Assembly (NCBI GenBank): GCA_017610205.1
Contig: JAFCCL010000005.1
Location: 1-64,000, forward strand
Direction of reading: 5' to 3'
Origin: Candidatus Iainarchaeum sp.
Lineage (GTDB): Archaea; Iainarchaeota; Iainarchaeia; Iainarchaeales; GCA-2688035
DNA length: 64,000 nucleotides
Part shown: one piece after another, positions 46,234 to 57,206 of the stretch
Numbering within the stretch: the stretch's first letter is position 1
Layout of the letters: each line of letters starts with the position of its first letter
Made by a program: the position numbers and the translations under genes
The notes under the pieces: generated by a model
The model's database searches: none
Told to the model about the DNA's origin: nothing
The model's input: only the letters and a program-made list of their open reading frames with translations

Positions 46234-47463
46234 TTGATTTCGCCAAAGCTTTGTATACGCTGCAAGGGCAAGCTTTTATGCGGGCTAAGCTATTGTCCAA
46301 TTCTTAAAAAGAACAGTGCAAGACACAAGTCTGTTTCAAACATTAAGGGAAACGAATTTGTTGGAAGCAGTCCTCCCTCGCTTTTTGTTTCCTGGACAAA
46401 CTATCCAAAAGTACAAATTGCGCCACTAAGCCCAACTGAAGTGTTTGACACTGCCAAATTTGACATTCCAGAGCAATGGTTTGGATTGCCTTCTGAGGAA
46501 ATAATTTCTTTCAGGGAACAGCTTTTGCGCGGCAACAAGCCAATTGACATTAAAGCCGCTGCAAATCCTTCCTACGAGCTTGTTGAAATGCAGGAGCTTG
46601 CAATGTCAACAAAGCCAACAGCTATTGATGTAAAGCTTAAGTCAACTCCAAAATCCAGTGTTTCGTTTAGTGAAAGGGTTGCCCCAATGGGGCCAAGTGC
46701 TCCATTGCTCAAAATGAAGCTTGATGAAAATCCAAGCATCCCAAAAAAGATTGATTACGCTGTTTCAGATACAGACCTCAAATCAACAGATGCAGTAATT
46801 TCCCTGTACAATTCGGGTTTTCACATCAGCCGCCTCCACAAGCTTTTAAGTGCAGGAACTCTGGGCATTGGAAAAAACAGAAAGTTTGTGCCTACAAGAT
46901 ATTCAATAACTGCTGTCGATTCAAATGTTTCAAAAAATCTGATTGAAGAAAAGGTAAAGTACTTTCAGCAAATTGGAGAATTTCAGTTATTCCATTCAAA
47001 TTATCTGGACAACGATTTTTGGATTCTTCTCATTCCTAGCTCTTGGGCGTTTGAGCAATTGGAGTCCTGGTTTCCTGGAAGCGATTGGGCTGGCGATGCA
47101 AAGGAACCAATCATTGCCCAAGACCATGAGTTCTATGGCGGAAGAAAAACCTACGCTTCAAATATTACTGGAGCGTACTATTCTGCAAGGCTTGCTGTTG
47201 CAGAATTTTTAAGTATAAAGAAAAGGCAGGCAGCAGCAATCGTCTTCAGAGAAATTGGAGCAGGATATGCCATGCCGTTAGGCGTCTGGCAGACGCGAGA
47301 GAATTCCAGAAATGCTTTAAGGCAAAAGCCACTAACTTTTTCAAGTCTTGAGTTGGCTCTTGCATTTCTTTCAAGAAAACTCAAGATTCCAATGGTTAAG
47401 TATAAGCAGGAAAGTAAGTTGTTGGATTTCTTGCAACACCAAAAGAGGCTTTTTGACTTCTAA
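46234..47463 (+). CDS. nreA: Nre family DNA repair protein
   Basis: CIRCKGKLLCGLSYCP, GSSPPSLFV, PTRYSITAVD, C-terminal PIP box QKRLFDF. Confidence 0.92.
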   Translation: MISPKLCIRCKGKLLCGLSYCPILKKNSARHKSVSNIKGNEFVGSSPPSLFVSWTNYPKVQIAPLSPTEVFDTAKFDIPEQWFGLPSEEIISFREQLLRGNKPIDIKAAANPSYELVEMQELAMSTKPTAIDVKLKSTPKSSVSFSERVAPMGPSAPLLKMKLDENPSIPKKIDYAVSDTDLKSTDAVISLYNSGFHISRLHKLLSAGTLGIGKNRKFVPTRYSITAVDSNVSKNLIEEKVKYFQQIGEFQLFHSNYLDNDFWILLIPSSWAFEQLESWFPGSDWAGDAKEPIIAQDHEFYGGRKTYASNITGAYYSARLAVAEFLSIKKRQAAAIVFREIGAGYAMPLGVWQTRENSRNALRQKPLTFSSLELALAFLSRKLKIPMVKYKQESKLLDFLQHQKRLFDF

Positions 47464-47499
47464 GATTTGCTTTTAAACAATTCTGAACACATTTTTATC

Positions 47500-48258
47500 A
47501 TGCAGGAAAAGCTTTCATTCAAAAACAGCAAGGGAGACAAGCTTTCAGCTGTTCTCTCTAATCCAAGTGGCAACAAGGAAAACCTGATTGTTGTTATGTG
47601 CCATGGCTTTGATTCAAGCAAGGAAAGTCAAACCTACTTTAAACTTGAAAAGGCTTTGAATAAGAAAAGAATTGCTTCCTTTCGCTTTGACTTCTTTGGA
47701 CATGGTGAAAGTGAGGGCAAGTTTGAGGACATTACGATTTCAGAAGCTGTTGATGATACAATACAGGCAATCTCTTTTCTGAGGCAGCATGGTTTCAAAA
47801 AAATTGCATTGTTTGGCTCAAGCTTTGGCGGCATGGCTGCACTACTTGCTGCTTCCAAGCTGCCTGATTTGAATTGCCTTGTCTTAAAGTCCCCTGTCTC
47901 AGACTACCTTGGAAAAATTTCTGCAAAAGAAGATAAAGTGGATGTTGAGCAGTGGAAGAAGGATGGTTTTATCTGGCACGAGACCAAAAGAGGCAAACTA
48001 AGGCTGAATTACTCTTTTTTTGAGGACGCGGAAAAGTTTAGCGGCTTTGAGGCTGCAGAGAAAATCAATGTTCCAACACTAATTGTTCACGGTTCATGGG
48101 ATAAGGTTGTGCCAGTTGAACAATCAAAGAAAACTGCTTTCCTTATTCCAAATTGCAGGCTTGAAATAGTTGAGGGGGCAAACCACAAGTATTCAAACCC
48201 AGAGGAATTTGAGAAAATGCTAAAACTTGTTTCAGAATTTGTTGAAGGGAATTCCTAA
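47500..48258 (+). CDS. Alpha/beta hydrolase
   Basis: CHGF, FDFFGHGES, GSSFGG, HGSWDKVVP, GANH. Confidence 0.92.
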   Translation: MQEKLSFKNSKGDKLSAVLSNPSGNKENLIVVMCHGFDSSKESQTYFKLEKALNKKRIASFRFDFFGHGESEGKFEDITISEAVDDTIQAISFLRQHGFKKIALFGSSFGGMAALLAASKLPDLNCLVLKSPVSDYLGKISAKEDKVDVEQWKKDGFIWHETKRGKLRLNYSFFEDAEKFSGFEAAEKINVPTLIVHGSWDKVVPVEQSKKTAFLIPNCRLEIVEGANHKYSNPEEFEKMLKLVSEFVEGNS

Positions 48259-48776
48259 ATTTTTTTTCCCGTTGGTCCATATCTTTCAATTGCTTCCCTG
48301 GTATCTCGCCATTTCAAATAGTCTGCTCTTGTCAGGTTTTTGGCATATTCCTTGCTAAATATGGTACTCTGCATTATAAACCAGGTTTCAATTATTGACA
48401 TCTCTTTTCTAAGTTCACGATTCTGCTGTTTAACTGCTTTTAAATGGCCGCCCATAGGAAATTTTGGGTCATAGTTTTTCCACTCAACTAATTCGTGTCT
48501 TGCAACATCTTGTCTTCCTGCTTTACTTAACAAATCGGATACCAGGATTAATGGCTGGTTTAAATCAAGTACATATGTAGACCCTCTTTTTCTAACAAGT
48601 TCTTCATTGGAAAGCTTATAGGGAATATTTTCTGGCAAGTATTCAACTCTTTCACTTTTACGCCATATTTCAAATATTTGCTTGGTTTTCCAATCAAGTC
48701 TTTTAGCTTTTTTTAAAATAAGCGGTGTTAAAAGTTCGCCCGGTGTTTTCTGTTTTGTTCGAGCTTTTCGCCTCAT
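48255..48776 (-). CDS. Hypothetical basic protein
   Basis: [10 protein letters not shown]..., coupled to rfcS stop (ATGA); VARHELVE may be a HExxE-type motif. Confidence 0.65.
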   Translation of the reverse strand: MRRKARTKQKTPGELLTPLILKKAKRLDWKTKQIFEIWRKSERVEYLPENIPYKLSNEELVRKRGSTYVLDLNQPLILVSDLLSKAGRQDVARHELVEWKNYDPKFPMGGHLKAVKQQNRELRKEMSIIETWFIMQSTIFSKEYAKNLTRADYLKWRDTREAIERYGPTGKKI

Positions 48777-51634
48777 TCTCCAAACCTTGCAAACTGCGCC
48801 AGCATTGCTTCAAGTTGAACCCTTTCATTCGCACCTTCAACAAGCCTAAAATCATATTCTCCTATTACATCAACCAAGCCAATCTTTGCCTTTGAGGGAA
48901 TGTCTTTTTCTTCCGAGTTCATTACTTCTCTGTAAACCTGGCTTATTACGTCTTCGCCTGACATTCCGTGTTCGTACATTAGCTTGTCCAGAAGATTTCT
49001 TGCGTCCATAAACTTTCCTTCTAATGCTGTTGCAATCATTTCTTTTACTTCCTGTGGTTTTGCCCTGCTGCTTACATTAAAGACTGTTTTTTCGTCAACT
49101 TTTTTGTTAAGTGCTGAGGAAGCCTGTAAAACATTTACTGCTTTTCTTAAATCTCCCATGCTTACATAAACAATTGCATCAAGTGCTTTTTTGTTAACTT
49201 CAATTCCTTCGTTTTTTGCAATTTTTTGAATCCTTTCCTCAATTTCTTTTGCCTGAAGTGGTCTGAATCTGAATACAATGCATCTGCTTTGAAGTGGTTC
49301 AATAATTCTGCTTGAGTAATTGCAATTGTGACTTACTATGCCATTTGCTAAAAAATTGTGGTTTTTTGTACAGGTTATGTCCCTTACATCACTACATTCA
49401 ATTTCTTTAATTTCTATTACTTTGTTGAAAACAAAGTTATCTCCTGCACTGGATTCTTTTTTCCATTGCCTGAAATTTGGAAAGTCTCTTGGCAAATGAA
49501 CGGCCTTTCCCTTGAATTGATTCGCTACAAAATCAGCACTGCAATCGTATCTTATTGCAAGAGCTCTCTTACTTAAATTACCTGCATCTTCTAAAATCTT
49601 TATAGCTTTCTGTTTTTGTTGTTCTAAATAGTATAATTTGCATCTGAGATACTCGGCAGCAAGCCTTGATTTGCCAATTTTTTCTTTTTCAAATGCGTAT
49701 CCTACCCTGCTAAAGAACCTAAACAAGTTTTTGTTATTGCTGTTAAGTAACAGTTCATAGGAATCAGTAATATTTCCGTCTTTTCTTTTTGTTCCAAGTT
49801 TTCTTATTTTTATATATGATTTTACTTCAAATTCTTCTAAGAGCGTTTTTATTTGTTCATAGAATTCTATCATATTCTGTTTTAATTTCCTGCTTTTATG
49901 CATTCTCAAAGTTACTGCCTCAAAGTTTTTGTGTTTTATTTTTGGTGAATACCCTTCGCATCCGTAAAGGCTTCTCAAAAACTCTCTTTTTACAAACTTT
50001 GTGCCGTACATCACCCAATTTGGTATTTTGTAGGGAGTAACCACTTTATCTCCCACAGGTGTGCCCAAAAACCTTAATTGGGTTACAAGATATTGTGAAT
50101 CTAGATAAAATGAGGTTGTTTTTCCTACGAATTGTCTGCCCTTGATTGTATTAGTCAGTGTTTTTGTTTGAATGTCAGAGGCTCTAAAGCCTAAAATTGC
50201 CAAATCCTTTTTAATTTCTAAAAGAGCTTGTTTATTACCTGTGAAAATAAGTCTTACGCCGTTCTTTACTACGTGTCCATCTCCAAACAGGAAACTATAT
50301 ATTCTTGTGAACGCGCCAATTCTTTTGTCATTGTAGCCTATTCCAAGCAACCCTTTTTCATTCAATTTTTCAAGACTTGTTTCAAAACCTCCCTGTATTT
50401 TTATTGTTTTTTCCAAGTGCTTTTTAATGCCTCCATAAGATATATTTATTCTAAATTCTTTTTCAAGGATGTTTCGTATATCCATTTTATTGCGCAGTTG
50501 CAAAGGGTTTTTTCCTATTATTTTAAAAGAATGTATTTTTGGGTTTTTTTCGGCAATTCTTTTTAGGTAGCCTTTCTTTTCAATTTGCTTCAGCATTTGT
50601 ACAGTTCTTATCCTTGATAGTCTTAAATTGTCTTGTATCTGTTTTCTTGTCATCTCGCCTTTTTGTTTTAACATTTCATAGATTTGGTTTTCTCTTACTG
50701 TAAGGCCTTTGTTATTTTTGATTATCTCAAACAGTTCCTTTGCCCTGTTAATTATTTTTCGTTTCTCTGAAGAAATTAATTCTCTAAACACTTTTGCTTC
50801 TTCAAGGCTTTTATAACCTTTTTCTTTTTGTTCTTTCAATAAAAATTCTTTGAACAGGTTCAAATTAACTATTGTTCTGTTGTCCTCTTCAAAACCTGTT
50901 CCCTCTAAATTTGGAAAAACAATTAGCTTGTCATCAATATCTAACGCGCCTACTTTTTTCCAGCCTGCCTTTGTTAAAAGCAGATGATCCGCGGTTGCTT
51001 TTATTTTTCTTCCAGAGTTTGTTGTCAACTCAAAAACTTTTTTCTTACTCTTTTTTGGATTCTGCTGAATGCAACAAATAACTTGGTCTTTTTCCAGGTT
51101 TCCGCTGTTTTGATTCTTTGTTAAAACAACATTTTCTTTTTTTTCTTCAAACCGTTTCATAAACTCTTCAATGCTTATTTCAACCTCTTCAGGCAAAACA
51201 ATTTTTGTATCTGGAGTTACGCAGCTTAAAATAAAACGGCATGTTTTTGTGTACTTTTCCATTGTTCTTCGCAGTGCATGTTGTGCGTCGCTTGTAAGGG
51301 CGTCTGATTCGTCCAAAAAGATTATTTTAAAGTCTGCGTTGAATGCAAGGGTTCTTGCAAAATCTTTTATCTGTCCTCTTACAACGTCAATTCCTCTTGA
51401 GTCAGATGCATTCAATTCCAAAAAATTGCGTCCAAATTCGTTGCCGTAGAGTTCTTTTGCAAGTGCTACTGCTGCTGAGGTTTTGCCAATTCCTGCCGGG
51501 CCGCTAAACATCATATTCGGGGCATTGTGGTTTGCAACATAGCTTTGTAGCCTGCTAATTGCTTGCTTTTGCCCTACAACATCTGCTAATGCAACAGGCC
51601 TATATTTTTCAATCCAAGGCAATTCTATTTCCAT
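48773..51634 (-). CDS. rfcS: Replication factor C small subunit with intein
   Basis: [31 protein letters not shown]|intein|[15 protein letters not shown]. Confidence 0.95.
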   Translation of the reverse strand: MEIELPWIEKYRPVALADVVGQKQAISRLQSYVANHNAPNMMFSGPAGIGKTSAAVALAKELYGNEFGRNFLELNASDSRGIDVVRGQIKDFARTLAFNADFKIIFLDESDALTSDAQHALRRTMEKYTKTCRFILSCVTPDTKIVLPEEVEISIEEFMKRFEEKKENVVLTKNQNSGNLEKDQVICCIQQNPKKSKKKVFELTTNSGRKIKATADHLLLTKAGWKKVGALDIDDKLIVFPNLEGTGFEEDNRTIVNLNLFKEFLLKEQKEKGYKSLEEAKVFRELISSEKRKIINRAKELFEIIKNNKGLTVRENQIYEMLKQKGEMTRKQIQDNLRLSRIRTVQMLKQIEKKGYLKRIAEKNPKIHSFKIIGKNPLQLRNKMDIRNILEKEFRINISYGGIKKHLEKTIKIQGGFETSLEKLNEKGLLGIGYNDKRIGAFTRIYSFLFGDGHVVKNGVRLIFTGNKQALLEIKKDLAILGFRASDIQTKTLTNTIKGRQFVGKTTSFYLDSQYLVTQLRFLGTPVGDKVVTPYKIPNWVMYGTKFVKREFLRSLYGCEGYSPKIKHKNFEAVTLRMHKSRKLKQNMIEFYEQIKTLLEEFEVKSYIKIRKLGTKRKDGNITDSYELLLNSNNKNLFRFFSRVGYAFEKEKIGKSRLAAEYLRCKLYYLEQQKQKAIKILEDAGNLSKRALAIRYDCSADFVANQFKGKAVHLPRDFPNFRQWKKESSAGDNFVFNKVIEIKEIECSDVRDITCTKNHNFLANGIVSHNCNYSSRIIEPLQSRCIVFRFRPLQAKEIEERIQKIAKNEGIEVNKKALDAIVYVSMGDLRKAVNVLQASSALNKKVDEKTVFNVSSRAKPQEVKEMIATALEGKFMDARNLLDKLMYEHGMSGEDVISQVYREVMNSEEKDIPSKAKIGLVDVIGEYDFRLVEGANERVQLEAMLAQFARFGE
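49325..51223 (-). mobile_element. Intein (633 aa) with LAGLIDADG and inserted wHTH in RFC
   Basis: CVTPDT start, [19 protein letters not shown], ends VSHN|C; [11 protein letters not shown]...[19 protein letters not shown] insert. Confidence 0.92.
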
Positions 51635-51722
51635 TGCTTCCCCAACTCCTTTAATCATATCTTTGCCATGAAAACAGTTTTAAACTTATTACCCTTTAGT
51701 TATCTTAATTAAGTGATTAAAA

Positions 51723-52268
51723 ATGGGTGAAAAAGAAGAGCAGAATTCAAATTCCGGGAAAGAACCAAGTTCTGGGAAAAAGCAGGCTTCTAATATAAAG
51801 CCTCTTTCAACAAACAAGCTTATTGTAGCAGGCGTTATCTGCGTAATGGCCTATGTTGTAATTATGTTTTTGGGCGTTGCAAGAGCACAACTTTCAGAAA
51901 TTCCTTTAATTGGCGATTTTTTGACTCTTCCAGGTTTTGAAAGCCCGATGTTTTTGGTAATGCCATTTTTTGCATTTTTTGCATTGTTTTTCTTAATTGA
52001 CTGGGTAAGAAACGGTTTTGAGCTAAAGCTTTCTTTTGGAATGCTTTGCCTTATAGTTCTTGTAATATTTGTTTTGCTTTCTCTTGCAGCTTACTATGTT
52101 GCCCTCTACTGGTACATTTCAAATTTTGCTCTGTTGCAGGGGATTGAAATGAACCCTGACCAGGTTGACCTTTGGGGCAAGCTAACAAACAGCGCCTTTA
52201 TGCTCTTCATCTGGGGCGGAATGTTTGGCGTACTTGGAAGATACCTTGTTGAAAAAATCAATTTGTAA
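51723..52268 (+). CDS. Membrane protein
   Basis: 4 hydrophobic segments. Confidence 0.75.
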   Translation: MGEKEEQNSNSGKEPSSGKKQASNIKPLSTNKLIVAGVICVMAYVVIMFLGVARAQLSEIPLIGDFLTLPGFESPMFLVMPFFAFFALFFLIDWVRNGFELKLSFGMLCLIVLVIFVLLSLAAYYVALYWYISNFALLQGIEMNPDQVDLWGKLTNSAFMLFIWGGMFGVLGRYLVEKINL

Positions 52269-52335
52269 AACGAATTCAACGCCTACTGGGGCACCATTAC
52301 TTTCTTTTTAATTTCTTTCCCACAATTTCTTTTTT

Positions 52336-53586
52336 ATGAAAGCGTTTGTAGAAGGCAGTGGCTGCAGCCTGAATAAGAGTGATACTGAACAAATAAGAGG
52401 CTTTTTGCTGCAGAACAATTTCGAGCTCGTAAGCAAGCCGGAAAGCGCTGATTTGCTTTTGCTCAATGCCTGTGCTGTAAAAGAGCAGACCGAAACCAAG
52501 ATGCTTAGGAGAATAGTGCAGTTGAATTCAATTTCCAAAAAGCAAAAAAGCACTCTTGTTGTTTTTGGATGCTTTCCAAAAATAAACCCGCTGGCAATTT
52601 CTTCCATTTCCAAAAAAATTGTGCAAATAGGCCCATGCCTTGAAAAGCTTGCTTCCTTTCTTGAATTGCCTGAACAAAATTTTTCCCCCGACCTGAACGA
52701 AAAAAAGACAAGCAATTTAATTTCAATTATTCCAATTTGCCGGGGCTGCCTTGGAAACTGTGCCTATTGCGCAGTGCGCAATGCAAGAGGCAAACTGAAA
52801 AGCTATTCCATTGCACAGCTGAACAAAAAGTTTAAGCAAGGGCTTGAGCAAGGCTGTAGTGAATTCTGGCTTACGGCCCAGGACTGCGGCTGTTACGGTT
52901 TTGACATTGGAACAAACATTGTTGCTTTGCTCAAAACACTGCTGCGCAACAAAGGCAATTTTAGGATAAGGGTTGGAATGGCAAACCCTGCGCATTTGAA
53001 AAAGTTTTTGCCAGAATACCTTGCCTTGTTTGAACACAAAAGACTTTTTCGCTTTTTTCATTTGCCGGTGCAATCCGGCAGCAATGCCGTGCTTGAAAAA
53101 ATGAACCGAGGTTATAAGAAAGAGGATTTTTTGCTTATTGTTAAAAAAATTCGCAAACGGTTTCCTAACGCAAGCATTTCCCTTGATTTAATTGTTGGCT
53201 TTCCAGGAGAAACAGAGCAGCAGTTTGAAGAAACACTTTTCCTTGTTGAAAAAGTTAAGCCAGATGTTGTAAACATTAGCAGGTTTGGTGCAAGACCAAA
53301 TACGCTTGCGGCTCTAATGCCTGGGCAGCTTCATGGAAGGGAAAAAAAGGAAAGAAGCAGAAAGCTTACTGTTTTATGCAAAAGAATTTTGCTTGAAAGA
53401 AACAAGGGCTTTATTGGTTCAAAGCAGTTAATTCTTGTTGACAAAAAGGGATTGAAGGGAAATTTTGTCGGCAGAAACCAAAATTACAAACCAATTGTGG
53501 TAAAAAAGCCAGTTCTTGGAAGTTTTGTTTCGGTTAAGGTAAAAAAAGTTTTTTCAAATTATCTTGAAGCATCTGTGGCAAAATAA
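52336..53586 (+). CDS. mtaB: tRNA t6A methylthiotransferase (MtaB/MiaB-like radical SAM)
   Basis: GCSLN, NACAVK, CLGNCAYC, HLPVQSGSN, IVGFPGET, TRAM-like C-terminus. Confidence 0.88.
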   Translation: MKAFVEGSGCSLNKSDTEQIRGFLLQNNFELVSKPESADLLLLNACAVKEQTETKMLRRIVQLNSISKKQKSTLVVFGCFPKINPLAISSISKKIVQIGPCLEKLASFLELPEQNFSPDLNEKKTSNLISIIPICRGCLGNCAYCAVRNARGKLKSYSIAQLNKKFKQGLEQGCSEFWLTAQDCGCYGFDIGTNIVALLKTLLRNKGNFRIRVGMANPAHLKKFLPEYLALFEHKRLFRFFHLPVQSGSNAVLEKMNRGYKKEDFLLIVKKIRKRFPNASISLDLIVGFPGETEQQFEETLFLVEKVKPDVVNISRFGARPNTLAALMPGQLHGREKKERSRKLTVLCKRILLERNKGFIGSKQLILVDKKGLKGNFVGRNQNYKPIVVKKPVLGSFVSVKVKKVFSNYLEASVAK

Positions 53587-53730
53587 ATCAAAAAAGAACC
53601 GCCTGTGAAAAATAAATCAAAAAAAGAATTAGTTTTTTTTGCAAAAAAATTGGCTTATTCTTCTGTTGGTTTTTCAGTTTCTTCACTACTGTCGTCGTCT
53701 CCGCACCAGCATCCGTGCAAAAATTTCATA

Positions 53731-54014
53731 GTGAACTACCATAACCTAACACCTTTGGCGTCGAGGTTATAGCTTCCTGTTTCATTGATAAGGCTTGCTT
53801 TGGGCTTATACCGCCAGTAGAGGCTTCATCTCTTTCAGGCTTGCATTCGGACAGTTCCTGCCCTATCTTACTTTCGTAAGCATTATGTTTATTGTTTTGG
53901 TTATCTGCCAGCACTTTCAGCCTTACAGACAACTTATGTGTATAGGGTTCTTTCTTCTTTATAAGTGTTTTGTTCGCCAATTCATCCACAACCTAACATA
54001 GTTCAGGTTGTGGA
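53731..54014 (-). mobile_element. Non-autonomous IS200/IS605-type remnant retaining the tnpB 3' end/omegaRNA scaffold
   Basis: GQELSECKP...SMKQEA tnpB-tail-like sequence, subterminal hairpin CTATAACCT/AGGTTATGG, end GGTAGTTCAC; 10-bp hairpin at 53985-54014 as candidate left end. Confidence 0.75.
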
Positions 54015-54136
54015 CTTCTTGGCAATAAGGTTAAATCACCTTAATTTCCTTTGTTTTACCTTTTTAAAAACCTTTCTTAAAGCCAAAGTAGGTTTTTTAA
54101 CAACTTATGCAGCGATTACTATTAGGGGTTGTTTGA

Positions 54137-54928
54137 TTGCTTTTCCAAAATTCCATTGAGCAATATAAGGCAAATTTCAAAACTGCGTTAGTTTTTGCCC
54201 TTCTTTTGGTGTTTGTGCCTGTTTTTGCCTTTTTTCACAATATTTACATAAGCAGCGGCTCGATTTTTATTGACTACAACATTGCCCTTGCAGACCCGCT
54301 TATTCTTCTTGCTGAAACAGGCTTAATTGCCCTTTTTCTTCTTTTTTATTCCTTTTTTGTTTCGGTAATAATTTTTTCTGTGCGAAAAAATCTAAGCCCT
54401 TTAAAACTGCAATTTTATTTGCATGAAATGATTCAAAAGTTTGCACTTCGCCTGTTTTCCTTCTTTGCCATCTATTGCTTTTTCTTTTTCCTGCTAATGT
54501 CAGGCCTTGTTGCTTTTGGCATTCCGTTGCTTTTGGCAAACATTATTCTGCTTGTGATTTCGCTTTTGTTAATGTTTGTTCCGCAGGCAGTTGTTGTAGA
54601 GGAAGAAGGCTTAATGCATGCGCTTTCAAGCAATTTCGAGTTTCTTTTCAAGACTCCAAAGTCTTTTGCAACCATTGCAATAATTGGAGCAGTGTTCCTT
54701 TCACTCCTGCAGCTTTTTGAATTTGTCCTGGCACAGTTTACAATGTTTGCACCATACATTTCACTACTACTAGCTCTTGTTTTCATTTTTCCTTTTCTTG
54801 AAATAATGAAAACCTATTTGTATATGATGAAGTTTGACCTCATAAAACACCATGAGATTGCAAAAAGACAAAAGCCAAAACAGCCAAGGCCAGAGCCTGA
54901 GTCAATTGCAGATGCAGTAAAAAAATAG
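54137..54928 (+). CDS. Multi-pass membrane protein
   Basis: About 6 TM segments, FVPQAVVVEE. Confidence 0.8.
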   Translation: MLFQNSIEQYKANFKTALVFALLLVFVPVFAFFHNIYISSGSIFIDYNIALADPLILLAETGLIALFLLFYSFFVSVIIFSVRKNLSPLKLQFYLHEMIQKFALRLFSFFAIYCFFFFLLMSGLVAFGIPLLLANIILLVISLLLMFVPQAVVVEEEGLMHALSSNFEFLFKTPKSFATIAIIGAVFLSLLQLFEFVLAQFTMFAPYISLLLALVFIFPFLEIMKTYLYMMKFDLIKHHEIAKRQKPKQPRPEPESIADAVKK

Positions 54929-54993
54929 TTTCCTTCAGGAACTTTGCCCATTAATCTATTCATTCTTTTTCTTCAAATTCAATAATTCAAAGC

Positions 54994-56625
54994 CTATTTG
55001 CCTTTTTCTTCAAATTCAATAATTCTAACATTTGAGTCAATCAATTCGTTTAATTCTTTTCTGTTTTCGGCTTTTGCTGCAAAGCTGTAATTTTTGCAAA
55101 TGATTTTGCTTTTCCAGATTCTTTTTTCTTCAACTATTTTTTCAGGCTTCCTAAACGCTTTTTTATTTTTTGCTTCAAACCTTTTCCTTGCCTGAACGTT
55201 TTTCAATTCTGTTACAACAAAGTTTTCTGGCAAATGATTTTTCAGTTCAGTTAATATCTTTTCAGCAAACGAAATTGCCTCGTTTGCTTTTTCTGTTCCA
55301 ACTGCAGTTTTGCCTATTTCCCCAAGGTTGTCCAATGCAATTGCAGAGGAAAGTTCTTCAATTTCAATTCCTTGTTTTTTGATATAGTTTTTTTGCAAAA
55401 GCTCCCTTCTTTTAATTTTGTCTAATTCAACAACAGCCCTTGCCTTTTTTCCAAGTTCTTCAAAGAACGATGTTTCATTTCCTTTGCAGCCAAGAGCTAT
55501 TGATGTAAGATTGATTGCTGAAAAATTGCATAATCCTTTTCCTTCAAATGCAATTCCGTTTACCAGGGCAAATTCTGCATTTCGGCAGTTTAACACTGTT
55601 TTTGGAGTATGCTTATGCAATAGCTTGAGTTTATATTTTGTGTCAACTGCTATTGCATTTTCAAATACTGGTGCAGGGCCTTCACTTCCTGATTTTAGCA
55701 AGCTGTTTGCAGCCGCAGCAATGCTTTCTCTTTCAATTCCTTTGTCAAAAGATTCTGGTTCAAACAATGCCAGCGTGTTAAATGCAGGCACTGCTTTTCT
55801 GTTAAGAAAAATTGCTTTGGAAGCTCTTGCAAAAAGAATTGCTGCATCCTTTGCGGTTTTCTTTCCAACATTTGAAGCAATTGCTACGTTTACTGCAAAA
55901 AAGTTAGGGCGCCAGCTGTAAAACCTGCTTGCTTTGTTTGCTTTTTCAAGAATGTTGAATATCTTATCTTTTGGATTTTCTCCAGCTTTTGGTACAATGT
56001 TAACGGCGATGGGCTTTGTTGAAAAATCCTGAAGTTCTCCAATAAATATTTCTCCTGACAAATGCATTCTTCCAAGTTTTGAAGGAATGATTCTGAGTAA
56101 ATTGTACTCGGCCATTATTGCTGTGCTGCCATAAGGTCCTTCACTTGCTTTTTTTCCTGCTTCAAAAACAGGCAATCCCAATCTTGTATACTGGTTTCTG
56201 ATATTTTCGTGCCCGTATTCTAAAAGCTTTACATTAACCATTTCCCTAATTAAAGAAGTGCTAATGTTTTCGATTTCCAAATCTTTTATTTTTTCTTCAA
56301 CTTCATGTCCTATCTTTTCGGCAACACCTCTTGGTACATTGGTTTCCATCAAAAGGCTTTTGATTATGTTGCCTCTGTCAAAGCCTTCAATAAGCTGCGA
56401 GCTTGTTCTGACCTGCATGCTTTGAAATGAAGCATAAATTGCTGCGGCCTTTGGATCAAGCTTTTGCAGCATTTCAACGGCTTTTTTTCTCATTGCTTTA
56501 ATGCCCTTGCTTTCTTCTGCTGAAAGCTCTTTGACAATCTTTGTAATTGTCCACTTGTCAGCATTTGCTTCCTCGCATTCTTTGGCAATTTTTTCAATAA
56601 GTGCCTCAATTGGCTTTTCTTCCAT
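54994..56625 (-). CDS. ATP-cone protein related to class III ribonucleotide reductase NrdD, degenerate
   Basis: VRTSSQLIEGFDRGNIIKSLLMET...LIREMVNVKLLEYG, YTRLGLPV, MHLSGEIFIGEL; catalytic Cys and glycyl-radical motif not found. Confidence 0.7.
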   Translation of the reverse strand: MEEKPIEALIEKIAKECEEANADKWTITKIVKELSAEESKGIKAMRKKAVEMLQKLDPKAAAIYASFQSMQVRTSSQLIEGFDRGNIIKSLLMETNVPRGVAEKIGHEVEEKIKDLEIENISTSLIREMVNVKLLEYGHENIRNQYTRLGLPVFEAGKKASEGPYGSTAIMAEYNLLRIIPSKLGRMHLSGEIFIGELQDFSTKPIAVNIVPKAGENPKDKIFNILEKANKASRFYSWRPNFFAVNVAIASNVGKKTAKDAAILFARASKAIFLNRKAVPAFNTLALFEPESFDKGIERESIAAAANSLLKSGSEGPAPVFENAIAVDTKYKLKLLHKHTPKTVLNCRNAEFALVNGIAFEGKGLCNFSAINLTSIALGCKGNETSFFEELGKKARAVVELDKIKRRELLQKNYIKKQGIEIEELSSAIALDNLGEIGKTAVGTEKANEAISFAEKILTELKNHLPENFVVTELKNVQARKRFEAKNKKAFRKPEKIVEEKRIWKSKIICKNYSFAAKAENRKELNELIDSNVRIIEFEEKGK

Positions 56626-56732
56626 GATTAAAAGCAATGCTACGAAATTTTTAACTGCTTGTCCCTCCTCTTCGAAAAGCAAACTTTTTAATAAAGTTTT
56701 ATTTGAATTATTAATGTGATGGGGGGGATTTT

Positions 56733-57206
56733 TTGGCAGTGAGCCTTGACAAAGTTGATTTGGTAATAATAAAAAACCTTTTGAAGGATGGCCGTTCAAG
56801 TTTTAGTGGAATTGCAAAGCAGATTGGTCTTACTGATGTTGCAATAAAGAAAAGGATTGAAAGCCTTAAAAGAAAAGGCGTTTTAAGCAGCATTACTGCA
56901 AATCTCAATCTAAAAATTTTGGGATTTGAAAATCCAATTTATATTCAGATAAGGAGTGAAATTGGAAAAAACAAGGACCTGTTCAAGAAACTGAATGACT
57001 TTGACTGCCTTGTTGAATTGTACCAAGTTTTAGGCGAATACAACCTGCTTGCAAAACTTGTTGTAAAAGATTTAGGTGAGGCAGAAAAGGTTATTGCAAA
57101 GCTTGGTTTGCTTGACGGAATAATTGACCTGAAAACACTTGTTGTTTTATCTGAATTAAAACATGGTCCAATACTTCCAAGCGGAGCATTGCAGAAAAAA
57201 TTATAG
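56733..57206 (+). CDS. Lrp/AsnC family regulator
   Basis: LDKVDLVIIKNLLKDGRSSFSGIAKQIGL, VLGEYNLL. Confidence 0.92.
   Translation: MAVSLDKVDLVIIKNLLKDGRSSFSGIAKQIGLTDVAIKKRIESLKRKGVLSSITANLNLKILGFENPIYIQIRSEIGKNKDLFKKLNDFDCLVELYQVLGEYNLLAKLVVKDLGEAEKVIAKLGLLDGIIDLKTLVVLSELKHGPILPSGALQKKL

Noticed and set aside
53726-53989. 87-aa protein-coding gene
   Set aside because: The frame runs across a promoter, hairpins and the tnpB tail; better explained as an IS remnant.
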